Positions 12,026 to 26,007 of a stretch of 64,000 bases of DNA are shown here, piece after piece (position 1 is the stretch's first letter; each line of letters starts with the position of its first letter). This stretch comes from Lama glama (Eukaryota). A program made the position numbers and the translations under genes. The notes beneath the pieces were generated by a model. That model searched no databases and was not told the origin of the DNA. It saw nothing but the letters and a program-made list of their open reading frames with translations. Location of the stretch: positions 28,398,001-28,462,000 of the forward strand of contig CM052818.1 of the NCBI GenBank assembly GCA_028534125.1, read 5' to 3'.

Positions 12026-13969
12026 TTATTGCAGACATAATAATCCCTGTATGCCACGGCTTGAAAGAAGACTCAGGGAATTGTTTTTAAAGGTTTCTAC
12101 TAAAGAAATACACACTTTTTATTTGCTTTTAAAGTATATGTGCTCCTTTTATATCTGAGAGGATTATAGGATCCATTTTACTGAAGGAAAAAGTAAAAGT
12201 TTCTATGTATCACAGCAGGAATGACTGTCTTGAGCAGCTACCAATCTCTTCCAGACCCCAGTCTCATGATCAAGAAGAGAACTAAATATCATAAGCCAAT
12301 CTGGCTATTTCAGTTAATGCACATTAAAGCACAAATATATATTTTGAGACCCAGTGTGTTTAGGATAGAGAAATGAGAGACATACCATTGATTGTTTATT
12401 GTAACCACAACATTCCAAAATAAAATTAGAGTGACTTACGAATATTACCAGGGCATTAAAAATATGTTTAGAATAAAAGACCAAACATGGGAAGTTAGCA
12501 TGTAGGCCATGTGATTCAATCCAATAGCTGATACTGGGCAGCAGATGAGTTTTCACATTTTCCTAGCAGACAAACTGAATGAGAAACAAGACTAGTTAAA
12601 GAGGTTATTGTCCATGAGAAAAGGTATTTTAGGTGCTCTGGAGAAAAAAGAAGATTTACCACATAAGAAATTTATTTCTCATTAAGAATTAAAGAGAAAT
12701 ATCCTGTCTCCATATAGTTATATTGTGAGCTATAACCAATCTCAGAAGAGCAAAGAATTAGAACTCAAATTGGAGTAGCTCTTTCATCACCGGCACCACT
12801 AATGAATCTCAGTTATACCTGCGAGAGGTATTTTTCTCTTTAACTAAAAAAAGTTTTAAAGGATATGTGTATTCCAGAGAATGTTTATGTGGGGTGTGTG
12901 AGCAAACATGTGTATGCATACGAGTGTAGTGTAGAGTAGGAAACTATAAGGATTTTAGTTACACTGAATAATGGCGTATATGCTGAAAATCTCATTGCCA
13001 TTACTATTTCTGAAAACACACACACACACCCACCTAACATCAAAAACAAACAAATACAATCTCTTTTTTTCTGTGATGATCAAGAAAACTGAATTCAAGA
13101 TAATCAAAATTTTTCACAAAATCAAAAAATTAAGCCTTCCTCATCCCCAAGATAAAAGCAATACAGATAAGTAGCTAAACTAATCCAGGCTTGAAGATTT
13201 TGACTAAATTCTTGTAGTTGAACTTCCTCACATAAACATCCCCTTGAGTACATATATCTATTAAAACGTTTACTAATTAAAAGGGCAAAATATTTTTTGC
13301 AGGGCTAAATGACATTAGTTAGTAATGTCAAGTGACAAAAGAGCCACCCAAGTTGAGTTCTAATTCTTTACTCTTCTGAGATCAGTAATAGTTCACCATA
13401 TCATTAAGTATGCTATTAACATCTAAAATTGGAAGCTGTGTTAATTTCAAAAGCTCATATGGATTCCTTGTGTATTGGGAAATATTTAAATACATTATAT
13501 ATTATTATTCATCCATGTGACATGAAAATGGTAGGCACAGGAGGACAGCTCATTTGCAAAGTTACTTTTAGCACTGTGTTTCCTAAAGGAAAATGAACTC
13601 AGTTATTTGTATTTGAATCAGAAGTACATATTACAGATCTTGGGGTTTTGTTTTCCTTCTAGAAGGGACCTGTATTAAAATGCTCAGGATAAAACGTAGA
13701 TGTCAATTCCTACATACTTATTCACATTCAAAACTGGAAGACCAATTGGTTAGGGGAGTGCTTCTCATCACATTCAAAAGGAAGAGACACTCCACAAACC
13801 AGCATAAAACGCATAAAATAATAAATCTGCTGCAAATCTTTTCTATTTACTCTTCCTCATCAGTTATTTTGGAAAAGCTTTCCACTGTCTTCCCCTCCTG
13901 ATTTCAGTACAAGAAGACACAAAAATTGCTGCTTGGGGAGAAGTCTTACAATAAATTCAGAAAATGGAC

Positions 13970-14052
13970 TGAGACAGACAGACACAGACACAGACACAGA
14001 CATAGACACAGACAGACAGACAGACAGACAGACACACACACACACACACACA
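13970..14052. repeat. Compound (GACACA)n/(GACA)n/(CA)n microsatellite
   Basis: Direct reading. Confidence 0.95.
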
Positions 14053-15108
14053 GAGCATAGTAGAAAGGAGCCCTTTTCCCTAGAGACATGTTCACCAGTA
14101 TTGGGTAAACGTGAATCACGTTTTCAACGTATATTTCCCTTGAATGTATCTGATTTGTCCACTGCAGGACACATAAAACCATTTTTCCAGACTATGTATG
14201 TTATTTAAATTTGAATTCTGGAATTCTGGAATTAAATTCTGTAATTTCTCAAGAGATGCTCAAGACACTGAAACTTTCAGATGATCTTAAGTCTTATGTT
14301 TTATAAGTGTTATGTTGGCTCATTTTTATCTTTACATTGAATTACTGTTCAAGGAACACTAGCAGCTGCAGTGCTGGAAAAACTTACATCTTGCCCAGGC
14401 ATCCTAGGATCAGGCAGACATGTGAGCACGGATAGCCCGAGTTATGCCTGCATGTTGTCCTGTAGTTTGGGCATAAGGCCACTTACCCATTTTTAAACAT
14501 AAAGCAAAATATGTTTGTCTAATGTCACTTGCAGTTTGCCAGAATGCCTGGGCTTGCCAGCAAAAGGTTTGAATATTTGATGGCACATTCAACTAAGAGA
14601 GTGTAGTTTCCCTACCTATTCTAGCATAATTGTTTCATACAATAAAGGACTTTTGTTTGCTGGAGAAAAGATCAGGGCACCCTGAGCAGCATCCCCTGAA
14701 AGGAAGTGTGGTCAGTTCCTTTCCATTTTGGGGTCATAACATGAGAATGTTCTCAGCCCAGACAAGGTTATTAAGCCCACTGTACATCACAGATGTACTC
14801 CAAGCATAAACAGAGGAAGAAAAGAGGTATAGTAATTTAATGAATGAAGATCTAGTTTCAAACCCATGTACAAGCAGTCGTTAGCTGTGGAGTCTTAGAC
14901 AAAACATTTCTCAAAATACAATTTTGTCATCTGTAAAATGGAGGAAATAAAACTTGATTTATTGGTTTTACTGAGCTGATGACAAATATTATTTAAAACT
15001 GGGTAACATATGGCCCAAGACTATAGCCATTACAGAGATGGTATAACCTATTGTTTTAGATACAGTGAGTACTCAATAAATATTTGTTAACTTAAAAGAG
15101 AAGACATA

Positions 15109-15622
15109 TGTGGTATAAAGCCTAAATTTAAGGCCCTATATATGTGTTACCCTGACAGCTGGTAAATATGAGGCCTTCAAATGGTCTAATGACAAGTTCC
15201 CCTCCCCACTCTGCTCTGTAGTTAAGATCAGCTAGCCAAACAACCCTCCTTATCATGAGAAGGTACAGTTCCTGCTTACCTCTGAGTAGGAGGTTTCAGT
15301 TCCTTGCCAGCCCTTTGAATTATTCAACCAAGCTAATCACATCCCTGCATGGAAATAAGCAGCCAACTCCCCCTCTTGATACTACAAAGGCTGTGCTGCG
15401 TCCTACAGTGCCTACTTGTTCACTTTGTTCCCAAGTACAACCCCATGTGCGCCTGCATGGTGTGCACTGTCCTCTTCCTCATAAATTAATAAATTGCTGT
15501 CTATCTCACCTGTCCAGTGTACGGTGTTGTGTGTGTGTGTGACCATGGCCATCCCCACAGCCACAGCGTGGGAATGGGAATCCCTCTCTCACTGAATGGG
15601 TGAGCAGGAAATGATTAAAGCA
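15109..15622 (+). mobile_element. Solo ERVL-class LTR (MER54-like)
   Basis: TG...CA termini ('tgtggtataaagcctaaatttaaggccc' ... 'gtgagcaggaaatgattaaagca'), internal AATAAA ~15488; family name from memory. Confidence 0.7.
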
Positions 15623-18600
15623 ATTGGGGAATAAAAGAAAGTGAGCACAATACAGGGGAAAGGGAAAGAAAAGTAGGACGATGCAAATAATGGGAGACAG
15701 AATAGAGTTAGACACATAGGTAGAGGGGTATTATAAAGCCTCAAAAGTTGCTTCTTCCTGAACTCTTGTTATAGTCAAATGAATAGGGAGAGGAATTCAA
15801 TAGTATTTTTCAACATAAGTCTGTATACAGATTGAGAGAAACACTTTTTTCTTTTTCAAATGCACAATTGAAAATTGGCAATTTTGTTTCTTTATAGATG
15901 AAAAGAAATTGAAATAAGGTCTTGCATGCATTTATTTTAAGACATACTTTATAAGATCAGCAATATAACTGATGTCCTTTGTTGTATCAGTGTGGGTTGG
16001 GGAATGTGGGCAGAGAGCCTGGTTCTCAGAAGAAATCTCACTTCTCTGGAGGCTGACATTTAGCGATTTTGTATTAGTTATGTCTTCTTCGAATTGCTCA
16101 GAGGACAGGAAGGCTTCATAAATACAAACTTAATTAAATGTGAAGACTAGGTGGTGGATTTGAGATGAAGAGGTGGGGAGAGCTCATACTGCCATTTTCT
16201 TCAACGAATCAGCATAGTTAAATAAATGGGAAAGTCATGATAAATTCCCTGCTAAAGTTCACTCCTATTTTAGGAAGGTGTTGCATACAATTAAAATACT
16301 TATGAAATAGTCCTCTATTTCTCTACAGGGAATAATCAGGGCAGAAGCAGCAGAATTTTCTTTACTCTGGTTTCCTTAGAACTGGCATTAAACAAAGTAA
16401 ATATCATTTTTGACTTATAAACTTTTAGTTTATTGCATTAATAAAGATAACTGTCCTCTAAGCCAAAAAGCCTTGTATTATACCAGGATATGATGAGGGG
16501 CAAGTAGCAATGTTCTTCATGTAACTGAAGAGAAAGGTAACTCATGGGTAGCAACTTCCCTTAAGTCAAGGATACAATCACATCTCCATGGTTAATTATT
16601 TTCTTAGATCATATGTATACCTATGTAACTATTCATCAATATCATCCAGAACATCTCATACTTAGTAAGTGTTATTTCTTTTCCCCCCACCATTAATTCC
16701 ATCTTTAAAAGATTCTAATAAGAAAAAAAAATAATAAAGATGTGTCCCAGTTCCAAAGGATCACTCTACCCTTTCATACTAATCCCTTTCTCATTCTCTC
16801 TAGGATCTCCAAGGACATGGGATTTTCACCCTCATTTCATGAGGTCAGAGATTCAATTTTGGTAAACAGGGAATTTCATTAAAATTGATCTAGGCTCTAT
16901 AGAGTTTTAGTGCTGGATGCAAAGTCTCATTTTTTAACTGCTTACATGCTGTGAGTTAAGTTTTAAAGAAAGCATTGTCTAGTCTCATCTCACTGCTCTT
17001 TGGTTGTTGATACAATTTTTTTGTTTTTTAGTTGAAATTGGCTTTACTGAATCAGCCCAACAGACAGCAAGGCCTTGTGAAGAAACACGGTGTTAGCCAA
17101 ATGAGACATCAGTGTGTGTGTGTGTGTTGTGTGTGTGTGTGTGTGCAAGTTCCTTAGGGTAGGGCTGCATATGGTTTTGAAATCAAAGACAGAATAGAGA
17201 AAGCAGTATAGAAAGACATCAGAAGTAACACCAATTATAATTCTGTTTTGCAGAGGAAGAGTCTGGTTTTGTATCTTTTCTACGTAGTTTACTTTTATAC
17301 ATTCTCCAGTGATTATATCAACAGCCTCAGCATTCTTCATATCTCTCCCTGACTTGTCCTCTGTTACTTCCTTGCCCCTACCGGGAACATTGGGCAGCAT
17401 ATAACCCAGTGCTTATTTTTCACAAACGTGGTTGATGTCAGTTGAAAAAAAATTAATAACCCATCCGTACTGGTGCTCAACTTAAATCCAGGTGGTATTC
17501 TGTTGGAAAAAGTTCTTCAACTTGTTTACTGGCTATTTTTAAACCTGGTCATATATGTGAAAGGTCCAGATACAGTCTCTTGTCTTCAGTTACAAGCTTT
17601 AGAGAAACCAGAAATTAACAAGACCCTGACATAAGTCATTCTAACACAAGCTTGTGATACAGATGGAAGAGAATGGAAAGGAAATCAAAGTTTTATAGGG
17701 GAACCTAGAAGTGGACATAATCGTTGTTTGATCTTTGTTTTTGTTATTGAACAAGAAGAAAATAAAATGTCTTTGAGAATAGTATTTTTTTAAATGGACC
17801 AAAGTTTCTTGAATTTGAATATAACTATAGTGGAACATATATTTCGTATTCTTGGGCAGTATCACGCTGGGTAAAGTGAGAGTGGAGGCCATTATTATTT
17901 GAAGCCAGATTTGATGCTTGATAAAGATCATTTTGCTTAATCCAGTGATATAAAGGCCATTGTTTGCATTCTTGGAAAGGTAACTGACGCTCCTACGGGA
18001 TAAATCCCACCTCCAAAGACCCAGGTAACCAAGATATTAAGCCCAGATCTTGGGATTCCAGAGCCTAAGCTTCTCCCACTGCCCCACTAACTATTGTCAG
18101 TCATTGGAAAGTCTTGCTCTTATCTCTATCCAGCTCCTGTCATTCCATTCAACACTCATTAGTTTACTTACAAAAGTAAAATTTCCTGAGCATTTGCAAT
18201 GGGATTAGGCACATTCTGTCTACTGCAATATGACTGTAAACAGAATAAGAGGCTAATTTAGATTCCCTTTGAATTGTATTCTTTCTTAACTGGAGGCTGA
18301 TTATTTGAGGATCTAGGTGGGCTCCTGAAAAAGATCAGATTAAGAAGAGCTGACTATATGGCTGATGGCCTCACTCTTGCCTACACGTGTGCTTAGGCAT
18401 CTCCACTTTCAAGATGCTCTTAAGCAGTTCCTCCTTGGAAAAACTTCCGTTTCTGTTAATGCTTCTATCAATTGATATCACTTTTTATATTCTACATTGA
18501 GTGGATGCACTGCACTCTCCTGGGCAAAATGTAGGATATGAAAATAAGTAAGATTAGGGCCTTCTTTTCAAAGTTACAGTCTAGTGGAAAAGTTGTACAC

Positions 18601-20247
18601 AAACACTAATTTCCTGGGGATTCTGTTTCATATCATTCACATCTTTATGCCTTCTCCCCAGAGAAAATCGAACCAATCTCACAAATAACTTATTATAATG
18701 AATCAACCCTCTTTGCAAGCTAACGATTGCTTTTTAATAAGAACTCTCTGGAGAAAATAATAACCCAGATGAATAACTCCAAAAGAAGGAATTTCAGGAA
18801 CTCTAACACATTGCTTACAGAGGTTTAGTACAGACAGCTAACAACAAGCATCCCTCGAGTGGCATCCACCTATTTTTGTCTACACATATGACCAACTCTG
18901 ATATGTAAGATATCATTCTTACCTGCAATCAACTAAATTTTGATTCAGAAAACTGACCCACTCCCTGTGTGAGGCAGTGGCATCATTTTTAATATTCATC
19001 TTTTACAACTTACTGTGTTTGGTATCTTTACAAGGTGGTATTTCAGGAGAAAAGCAGTCTTTATGCGGCCTGAATAATGCCATACTTTTCACATTATTAG
19101 TATGCAAGCTTTGGTTTGCAGAACAAGGTTGCCAGCAGACTTGAAGATGTGTTTAGAATATATGCAGTGTTAAGAGCCCTTTCAATGATTCACAGCAGTT
19201 ACGATTTTTGCTTTTATTAAGCTTGAGCAATTGAGGAGGAAAGACGCCTTGCTTTTTCTTTTGGGAGGAGGGGCTGAGGGGAGGCCTAATATCTTAACTC
19301 AAAACCAAAATATTGAGTATATGCAAATTTGCCCTTTTACAATATGAACCAGATTGTTCACTGCCACATAAAGAGAGGAAAAAGGGACTTCCAAGGTCAT
19401 GTTTCCTGAATGCTTACGGTACAATGACAATTTAATGACCTTTCTGAAATACAGATATATGGAGATCAACCTGATTTGTTTTAGTCACTGGTAATGTTAT
19501 CATGACCACACATACAAATCAATGACGTGAAAAGAAAAATTTAAAAAAAAAAGAAACCAATTCAACTATTTAAAATAAACTACTATCATCTCTATTTTAG
19601 TAAGCTTTATGTGACTATCTAAACAAACTATTTTTCATTCAACCCTCCCTTACACGTTAAGGATTAAAGTCTGATAATCTTCTGAAGATAAAATAAAAAG
19701 ATGAGGAAGACAAATGTTTACATGTCCACTTTTGAAAGCTAGTAATTTGGGAAGCACTTCGAAGATACTGGGACAGGGAATATACTGTACAGAAAAGGAT
19801 CATATAATATTGTTGTTAATATTTTAGGAAAATTGGAAATACATATTATATACTAAATTAAGACTAGTTCTCAAGTATTGTACTTAGATATTGTTAAACT
19901 ATAATTATGAGCTAGTGTCAGGGTAAATATTTTTTAAATTAGCTTAATAAAACACTCAGAAATATGAATATTTGTTCCACAAACATAACCTTTAAATATT
20001 AAAATTTAGAATTTCATCTAGTGAGGTTTCAGGTGTGTTTAACTCCTGGGAGGGAGTTTAGGAATCCCTTTAGTTCAGAAATCACTCAAAAGTCTCTCCT
20101 GAAAAGAATCTCCTGAAAACGTGTGATGTCAAAAGTTTTTCCTTGATTATAAGACCTATAATATACATTTTGGAACATTTATGTATAGATATAATTAAAT
20201 TTGCATTTTCTTCAAATAAGGATAGCCACTATTAACAGTTTAATTTT

Positions 20248-20470
20248 GGGGGTGCGAAGGGACAGACTGGGACTTCAAAATGTAGAATAGATAAACAAGA
20301 TTATACTGTATAGCTCAGGGAAATATATACAAGATCTTGTGGTAGCTCACGGCGAAAAAAATGTGACAATGAATATTTGTATGTTCATGTATAACTGAAA
20401 AATTGTGCTCTACACTGGAATCTGACACAACACTGTAAAATTACTATGACTCAATTAAAAATGTTAAAAA
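20248..20470 (+). mobile_element. Young camelid-type L1 3' end with target-site duplication
   Basis: Well-preserved L1 3' UTR with A tail; flanked by aacagtttaatttt (20234-20247) and aatagtttaatttt (20471-20484). Confidence 0.9.
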
Positions 20471-21084
20471 AATAGTTTAATTTTAACCTTTAAGTCTCCG
20501 AACATAGTTAAAAATCATACATTATTTTTTTCATTTAAGGGTAAGTAATAACCATTTCCTTTAATAAAGGTTTTAATACAAAGAGATCTCAAATTTATGC
20601 TTTCTTCAAAAAGTTCAATAATAAAAACCCACTTTCCATTCTGATTTAAACTGAAGCAGCATCCTTTATCTGGTAACAGAAGCTGAGAGGAAGTCATCAC
20701 CTTCAATACCTGAATTTTTTTAATATATAGAACTGAAAGATTTGGGGGAAATGTACAAAAGAAACTAGGGATAAATCCAAAAGCTTGTTATTATAATACT
20801 CATCCATGTAGTAAAATGGCTATTTCAGTTTGCAGTTCAGCTCTCAGAAACTAGTTTAGAAACTATCCAACTCTATAAAATAAAAGCAATCTCATTCTGT
20901 ATTTCTTGTAAATGAAAGGTACATTTCAGTGGGTGTATCTGCTATGTACTGTTAACAGGAATTTTTGAAAATATGAATTAATTTAATCATCAAACCACAC
21001 AACTAAATGAAAATATCACTTCTAATGTTAATGCCCTGCCTCCCAATAGCCAATAATAATTATAATAATAGCAACCATTATAGT

Positions 21085-21300
21085 TCCTGCTACTCAAGTA
21101 CTCAGACATTTACTGTGAGTTTGAAATGTATTATCTCATTTAAAATTTAGTCTCAAACAATATCATGGAGGTATTTCCTCCTATTTTATAGAAAATAGAG
21201 GCTCAGAAACATTAATTTGTCTGGGGTCATACAGCCATTAGATGGAAGGAACTGTCAGTATTCAAACTCAGGTCTGTCTGAATATCAACATCTGAATTTC
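21085..21300. mobile_element. MIR remnant
   Basis: 'attttatagaaaatagaggctcagaaac...ggtcatacagcc...attcaaactcaggtctgtctga'. Confidence 0.7.
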
Positions 21301-21649
21301 CTCCTTCAAAGCATCCTGGTACATGACTGTTCTGAAATGTCAACAGAGTAGGCAGGCTTTCTGCCTGGGATAAGACTTCTGCCTGAAACCAAAAATCAAT
21401 ATGCCTGCCTGAAATCCCACTCCCCTAGCAAGATCTCTCTCTCTCTCTCTCTCTTTTTTTTTTTTTGTCTCAGCTTTTGATTCTTAAAAACCTCTGATTT
21501 AATATGAAATACTTTAGGACATGAAAAATCTTAACAAGCAACACTTAAGGCTATGGAGGAACAGAATATTGCAACTGACAGTAAACTGAAAGCCGGTCCC
21601 CATGAAATGAAACCAGCAAAGGCCACTAAAAGAGCATGTCAGGTTCAAC

Positions 21650-22200
21650 AACATGGAGAAACCACTACACACCTGTTAGGATGGCCAAAATCCAGAACAC
21701 AATTATAGAATCAATGCTGGCAAGGATGTAGAGCAACAGGAATTTTCATTCATTACTGAGGGGATCACAATATGGAACAGCCACTTTGGAAGACAGTTGG
21801 TGGTTTTTTACAAAACTAAACATACTTTTACAGTGTCATTCAGCAATCCTACTCCAATCTTTGGTATTTACCCAAAAGAGTTGAAAATTATGCCCACACA
21901 ACAACCTACACATTTATAGCAGATTTATTCTGCAATTGCCAAAATTCAGAAGTAATCAGCATGTTCTTCCATAGGTGAATGGATAATTAAACAGTGGCAT
22001 ATCCAGACTACTGAATATTAGTCAGCTCTAAAAAGAAATGAGTTGTCATGGAAAGACACAGAGAACACTTAAATGTAAGAAGCCAATATGAGAAGGCTAT
22101 ATACTGTATGATTCCAACTATGTAATATTCTGGAAAAGGCAAAAACTATGGAGACAGCACAAAGATCAGTACTTGCTAAGAGTTATGGTGGGGGAAGGAT
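21650..22200 (+). mobile_element. L1MB/MC-like ORF2 end and 3' UTR
   Basis: 'accactacacacctgttaggatggccaaaatcc...gctggcaaggatgtagagcaacaggaa...ccactttggaagacag...ctgtatgattccaacta'. Confidence 0.85.
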
Positions 22201-22995
22201 GGAAAAAAATGCATGTGAGTACCAGACAGGAGGAGGATATCAGAAATGCACTTATCCACTCTGCCTTGGCTTAGTCATCTGTACGTGTCTGTGTGTGTAG
22301 ACGGATGAAACGAGATGTAGGCTAGCAACACCATTTAGCTAGACATAACTCACTTAGTGCATAAAATAATTACTTATTTTGACTTGAGAATTTTCCAAGA
22401 GGCCATTTGTATCAATCTCTTTTCTTGGCTAATCATTCAATCATATCTTTCGTACTTTGCCTCGATGAGCACAGTCAAGCACAGGGACTGATGTGCCACT
22501 CAAAACAGAGCCAGTAATAATAATAATAAAAAAAAACCTGCATGAGATCATTTTATGGGTTATTCATGCTGCAAAGGCACCAGCAGAGGTTAATTTTTGT
22601 TTCTTTATTTCTAAGTTAACATCTTTCCTTTCTTGCTGTCACATTTTTGTCAGTCTTGCCTTACAATTCCCTCTATCTGTCAACATTTGGCTGCATCAAG
22701 TAAATTTATTGTTTTTCCTGCTATTCATTTTCTTCTTTACTTCCTTGATATTTTTAGATGAAACAGTTGTGTTTTCTTTCCTAAAAAAAAAAATGGTAGT
22801 AATGGGTTTCTACTCTGTTGATTCTTAAGATAGGAGCTATACATTTTACTCTCAAACTTGCAGAACTAGATATGTCTGTGATTTTAAAAGTTAGTCTCAC
22901 ATAAAAGCTTTTGTATGTTTTTCTTTCTTGAGTTGACAGTATATATGTAGAACATGTATTACCTATCTATCTATCTATCTAATCACTCATCTGTC

Positions 22996-23234
22996 TGTGA
23001 TGGTTAATTTTATGTGTCAACTTTACTGGGCAAAGGGATATCCAAATTGCTGGTACAACATTTCTGGGTATATCTGTGAGGTTGTTTCTGGAAGAAATTA
23101 ACATGAGTGGTCCTCTGGTTATCACACCTTCATATTTGGATGAAATTACATCACCAGCTTTCCTCATTCTCTAGCTTTCAGAAGGCCGACTGTGGGACTT
23201 CTTGGCTTCTATAAACTTGTGAGCCGATTTCCAA

Positions 23235-23270
<36 letters not shown>

Positions 23271-23349
23271 TCTCTCTCTCTCTATATATATATATATGTA
23301 TGTATGTATCCGATTGGTTTTCTTTCTCCAAAGAACCCTGACAAATACA
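22996..23349 (+). mobile_element. MLT2 (ERVL) solo LTR, internally deleted, with (CT)n(TA)n microsatellite
   Basis: Starts 'tgtgatggttaattttatgtgtcaac', ends 'agaaccctgacaaataca'. Confidence 0.85.
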
Positions 23350-23679
23350 CTATCTACCTATTCATCTATCTACCCACAAACATATATATTACTTTACAGA
23401 TATGTAAATAAATAAATATATATGTTATAATAACTTTTGAAAATTGAAAATTGAAGTTCAGTGAAATTTTGCATGCAAAGCCCAAATGAGATACTAGGCA
23501 GTTATTGTTATTGAAGCACACATTATTCAATCCCTGGTACATATATTTTAGAAAAAATGTATGAAGTTTTAAAGAAAGAAACAAAATTTAAAAAAAAACA
23601 ATTTGAAGCAAAGAAGATTTGTTTTATTATTGCTATTTGGGATTGTTGTTTTAAACTCAGTCTCTATTAAAATGGCTTA

Positions 23680-24253
23680 GGTGAGTCAAGGGTTCTTCAA
23701 AACCAATAGGGATATATATATATTATATATTTATTATTGTATATATTACATACAAATACATTACGTATTATATTGATATAATTGCATTGTGTGTTTACAT
23801 TTATATAATTATGTATCCATATATATATAATTGAGAGAGAGATTAATTATAAGGAGTTGGCTCATGTAACTACAGAGGCAGTGAAGACCCAAGTTCTGCA
23901 TACAGCAAAATGGAGACTGGGGAGAGTTAATGATGCAGTTTTAGTCCTCATCCAAAGTTGTGAGAACCAAGGGAGACAAAAGTTCCAGGCTAAGTGCCAG
24001 AGAAGATAGATGCCCTAGCTCAACAGCCAGGCAGGAGGAGTATCTCCTTACTCAACATTTTTGCTCTATGAAGTTCTTCACTTGCTTGGATGAAGTTTAC
24101 CCATATTAAGGAGGACAATGTGCTGTACGCAGTCGACGTATCCAATTGTTGATCTCATCCAAGAACACCCTTACTGAGATACACAGAATAATATTGATCA
24201 AATATCCGGGTACCACATGGTCCAGGCAAGATGATACATAAAATTAACTTACA
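23680..24253 (-). mobile_element. MLT2 (ERVL) solo LTR
   Basis: 'gagattaattataaggagttggctcatg...gatacataaaattaacttaca' is reverse-complement MLT2. Confidence 0.8.
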
Positions 24254-24529
24254 GTGAGCAAAATACTTACAGAGTAACTGAAGTTTACTGAGAAAGAAAA
24301 TACTCGTAACTGAGTTATCTTGAAAGCTTGATGGTAATGATGTCATTATTAAACATATTTTAACTCATTCTTTTTAAAGAAGCTAATCATCAACTTGTAA
24401 TGATTTTTTTTTACTCCCTCAAGCATTTAGTGAGTACCCATTACATTCTTAGTCTTTGTGTGTTTATTTGGTAAGGAGAATGAATATTTACTGCAGTACT
24501 ATTTTAAATGATAAAATACTGACACCTTT

Positions 24530-24690
24530 CTAAGAGTTTCTAAAATAGGAGGTGGTTGAATCAACTACGGTACACAGACACAACAAAGCACTCCGCAGCT
24601 ACAAAAACAATAAAGGCCTCTATGAACTGATATGGAGTGTGTCTAAAAGATGCTGAGTAAGAAAGCAAACTTCAAAAGAACACATGTATA
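24530..24690 (+). mobile_element. Old L1ME-like 3' remnant
   Basis: 'aaataggaggtggttgaatcaactacggtacac...ctctatgaactgatatggag...tgagtaagaaagcaa'. Confidence 0.55.
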
Positions 24691-25723
24691 TTTATGTATA
24701 CACACACGCACAAATACACTTAGACTTGTGTGCACACACACACACACACACACACATGACCTGAATGAAATTCAGAATCTCAGAATGGTTCACCTCAGAA
24801 GTAAATTACAACAAGCATTTATCTCCCCACTGAAGTAACAGAGAGTCAGAGTCAGACAATTGCCTAACTCCCAAGTCACAGGTAAGTTAGAAGCAATACT
24901 TTCTATCTCCTAATGTTGACAGGCCTGGAATGAACTGGGAGAAAACTAGCACAAATCTTACTGGAGTGAGTATTAACTCCAGTGTCTTTATTGTGCTCAA
25001 GTTCTGGCTGTAGTTACTCTGCCCTGTGGTACCTGCTGGTGGCGGCCTTAGCAAAACAGTGCCTTAACCCACAAGTTACTGCCTCACCCCACCTTAGAGA
25101 ATAAATAAGGTGATTCAGAAAGGGCAGGTGGGAATGATTACCACAGGCTCCTTCACCTTCAAACCATGAGAAAGAGAATCCTCTCCACAAACAACATTCT
25201 CCTCTAGCAGGTTATTTCTTGTTCTGCTGTGTCCACTTACAAGATTTTGCTTCTTACTCGAATGCAGAGATAAAACTGGAAATTATAGAACTGTGGGAGT
25301 TACTGAACACAACTTTCAATTGAAAAGGAAGGTATATTGATTATTCCCCTGCATGCACACAGAAAATTATTTAGGGTACATCATAAATAAGCTTTAAAAA
25401 AAACCCTCAACAATACAAAACAATGTCTTTCACAAAACAAAGGTAGATTTTTCCTCATTCTTTACTGTATAATATGCTGACAACAAATAGATGAAACCTA
25501 ACAACAGATTAAGAGATAATATTAATGCAATCAATGTGGGTATGATTACAGCAATTTTTCAGAATCTCATTCATCCCAAAATGTTAACAATGTCCTTACC
25601 AACTCTGTTTCCAAATCCAAAATGAATTTTCCATTAAATAAATAAGAACACAAAATTCATGTATTGATTTTGAAGTACCTGGGTAGATAAAACTTATTCA
25701 ATATAGAAAACATGAAGTTAGGT

Positions 25724-25731
<8 letters not shown>

Positions 25732-25761
<30 letters not shown>

Positions 25762-25775
25762 AGAGAGAGAGAGAC
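25732..25775. repeat. (TG)n(GA)n microsatellite
   Basis: Direct reading. Confidence 0.9.
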
Positions 25776-26007
25776 AAAGAGAGAGGGAGGGAAAACTGTT
25801 TCTCATGTTCTTTCCTCTTCTTTCCTCAGAAGGTATCAAACAAAGGGAAGAATAAGGGCCATGGATAATTCTATTCATCTCTCCTTCACTCCACAAACTT
25901 CCCTAAACATACAGTTTCATTACTGGGATTCCAGCTTCTTCTCTATCCAACCAAGTTTACAGATCTCAGTTCTCGTCTATAGGGCAGAGGTGGTTTTTTT
26001 TTCTCCT

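Noticed and set aside
13860..14208. Three overlapping low-complexity ORFs
   Set aside because: Artefacts of the GACA/CA microsatellite
17044..17400. 118-aa minus-strand ORF
   Set aside because: Runs through a (CA)n microsatellite, no recognisable domain, no convincing splice context
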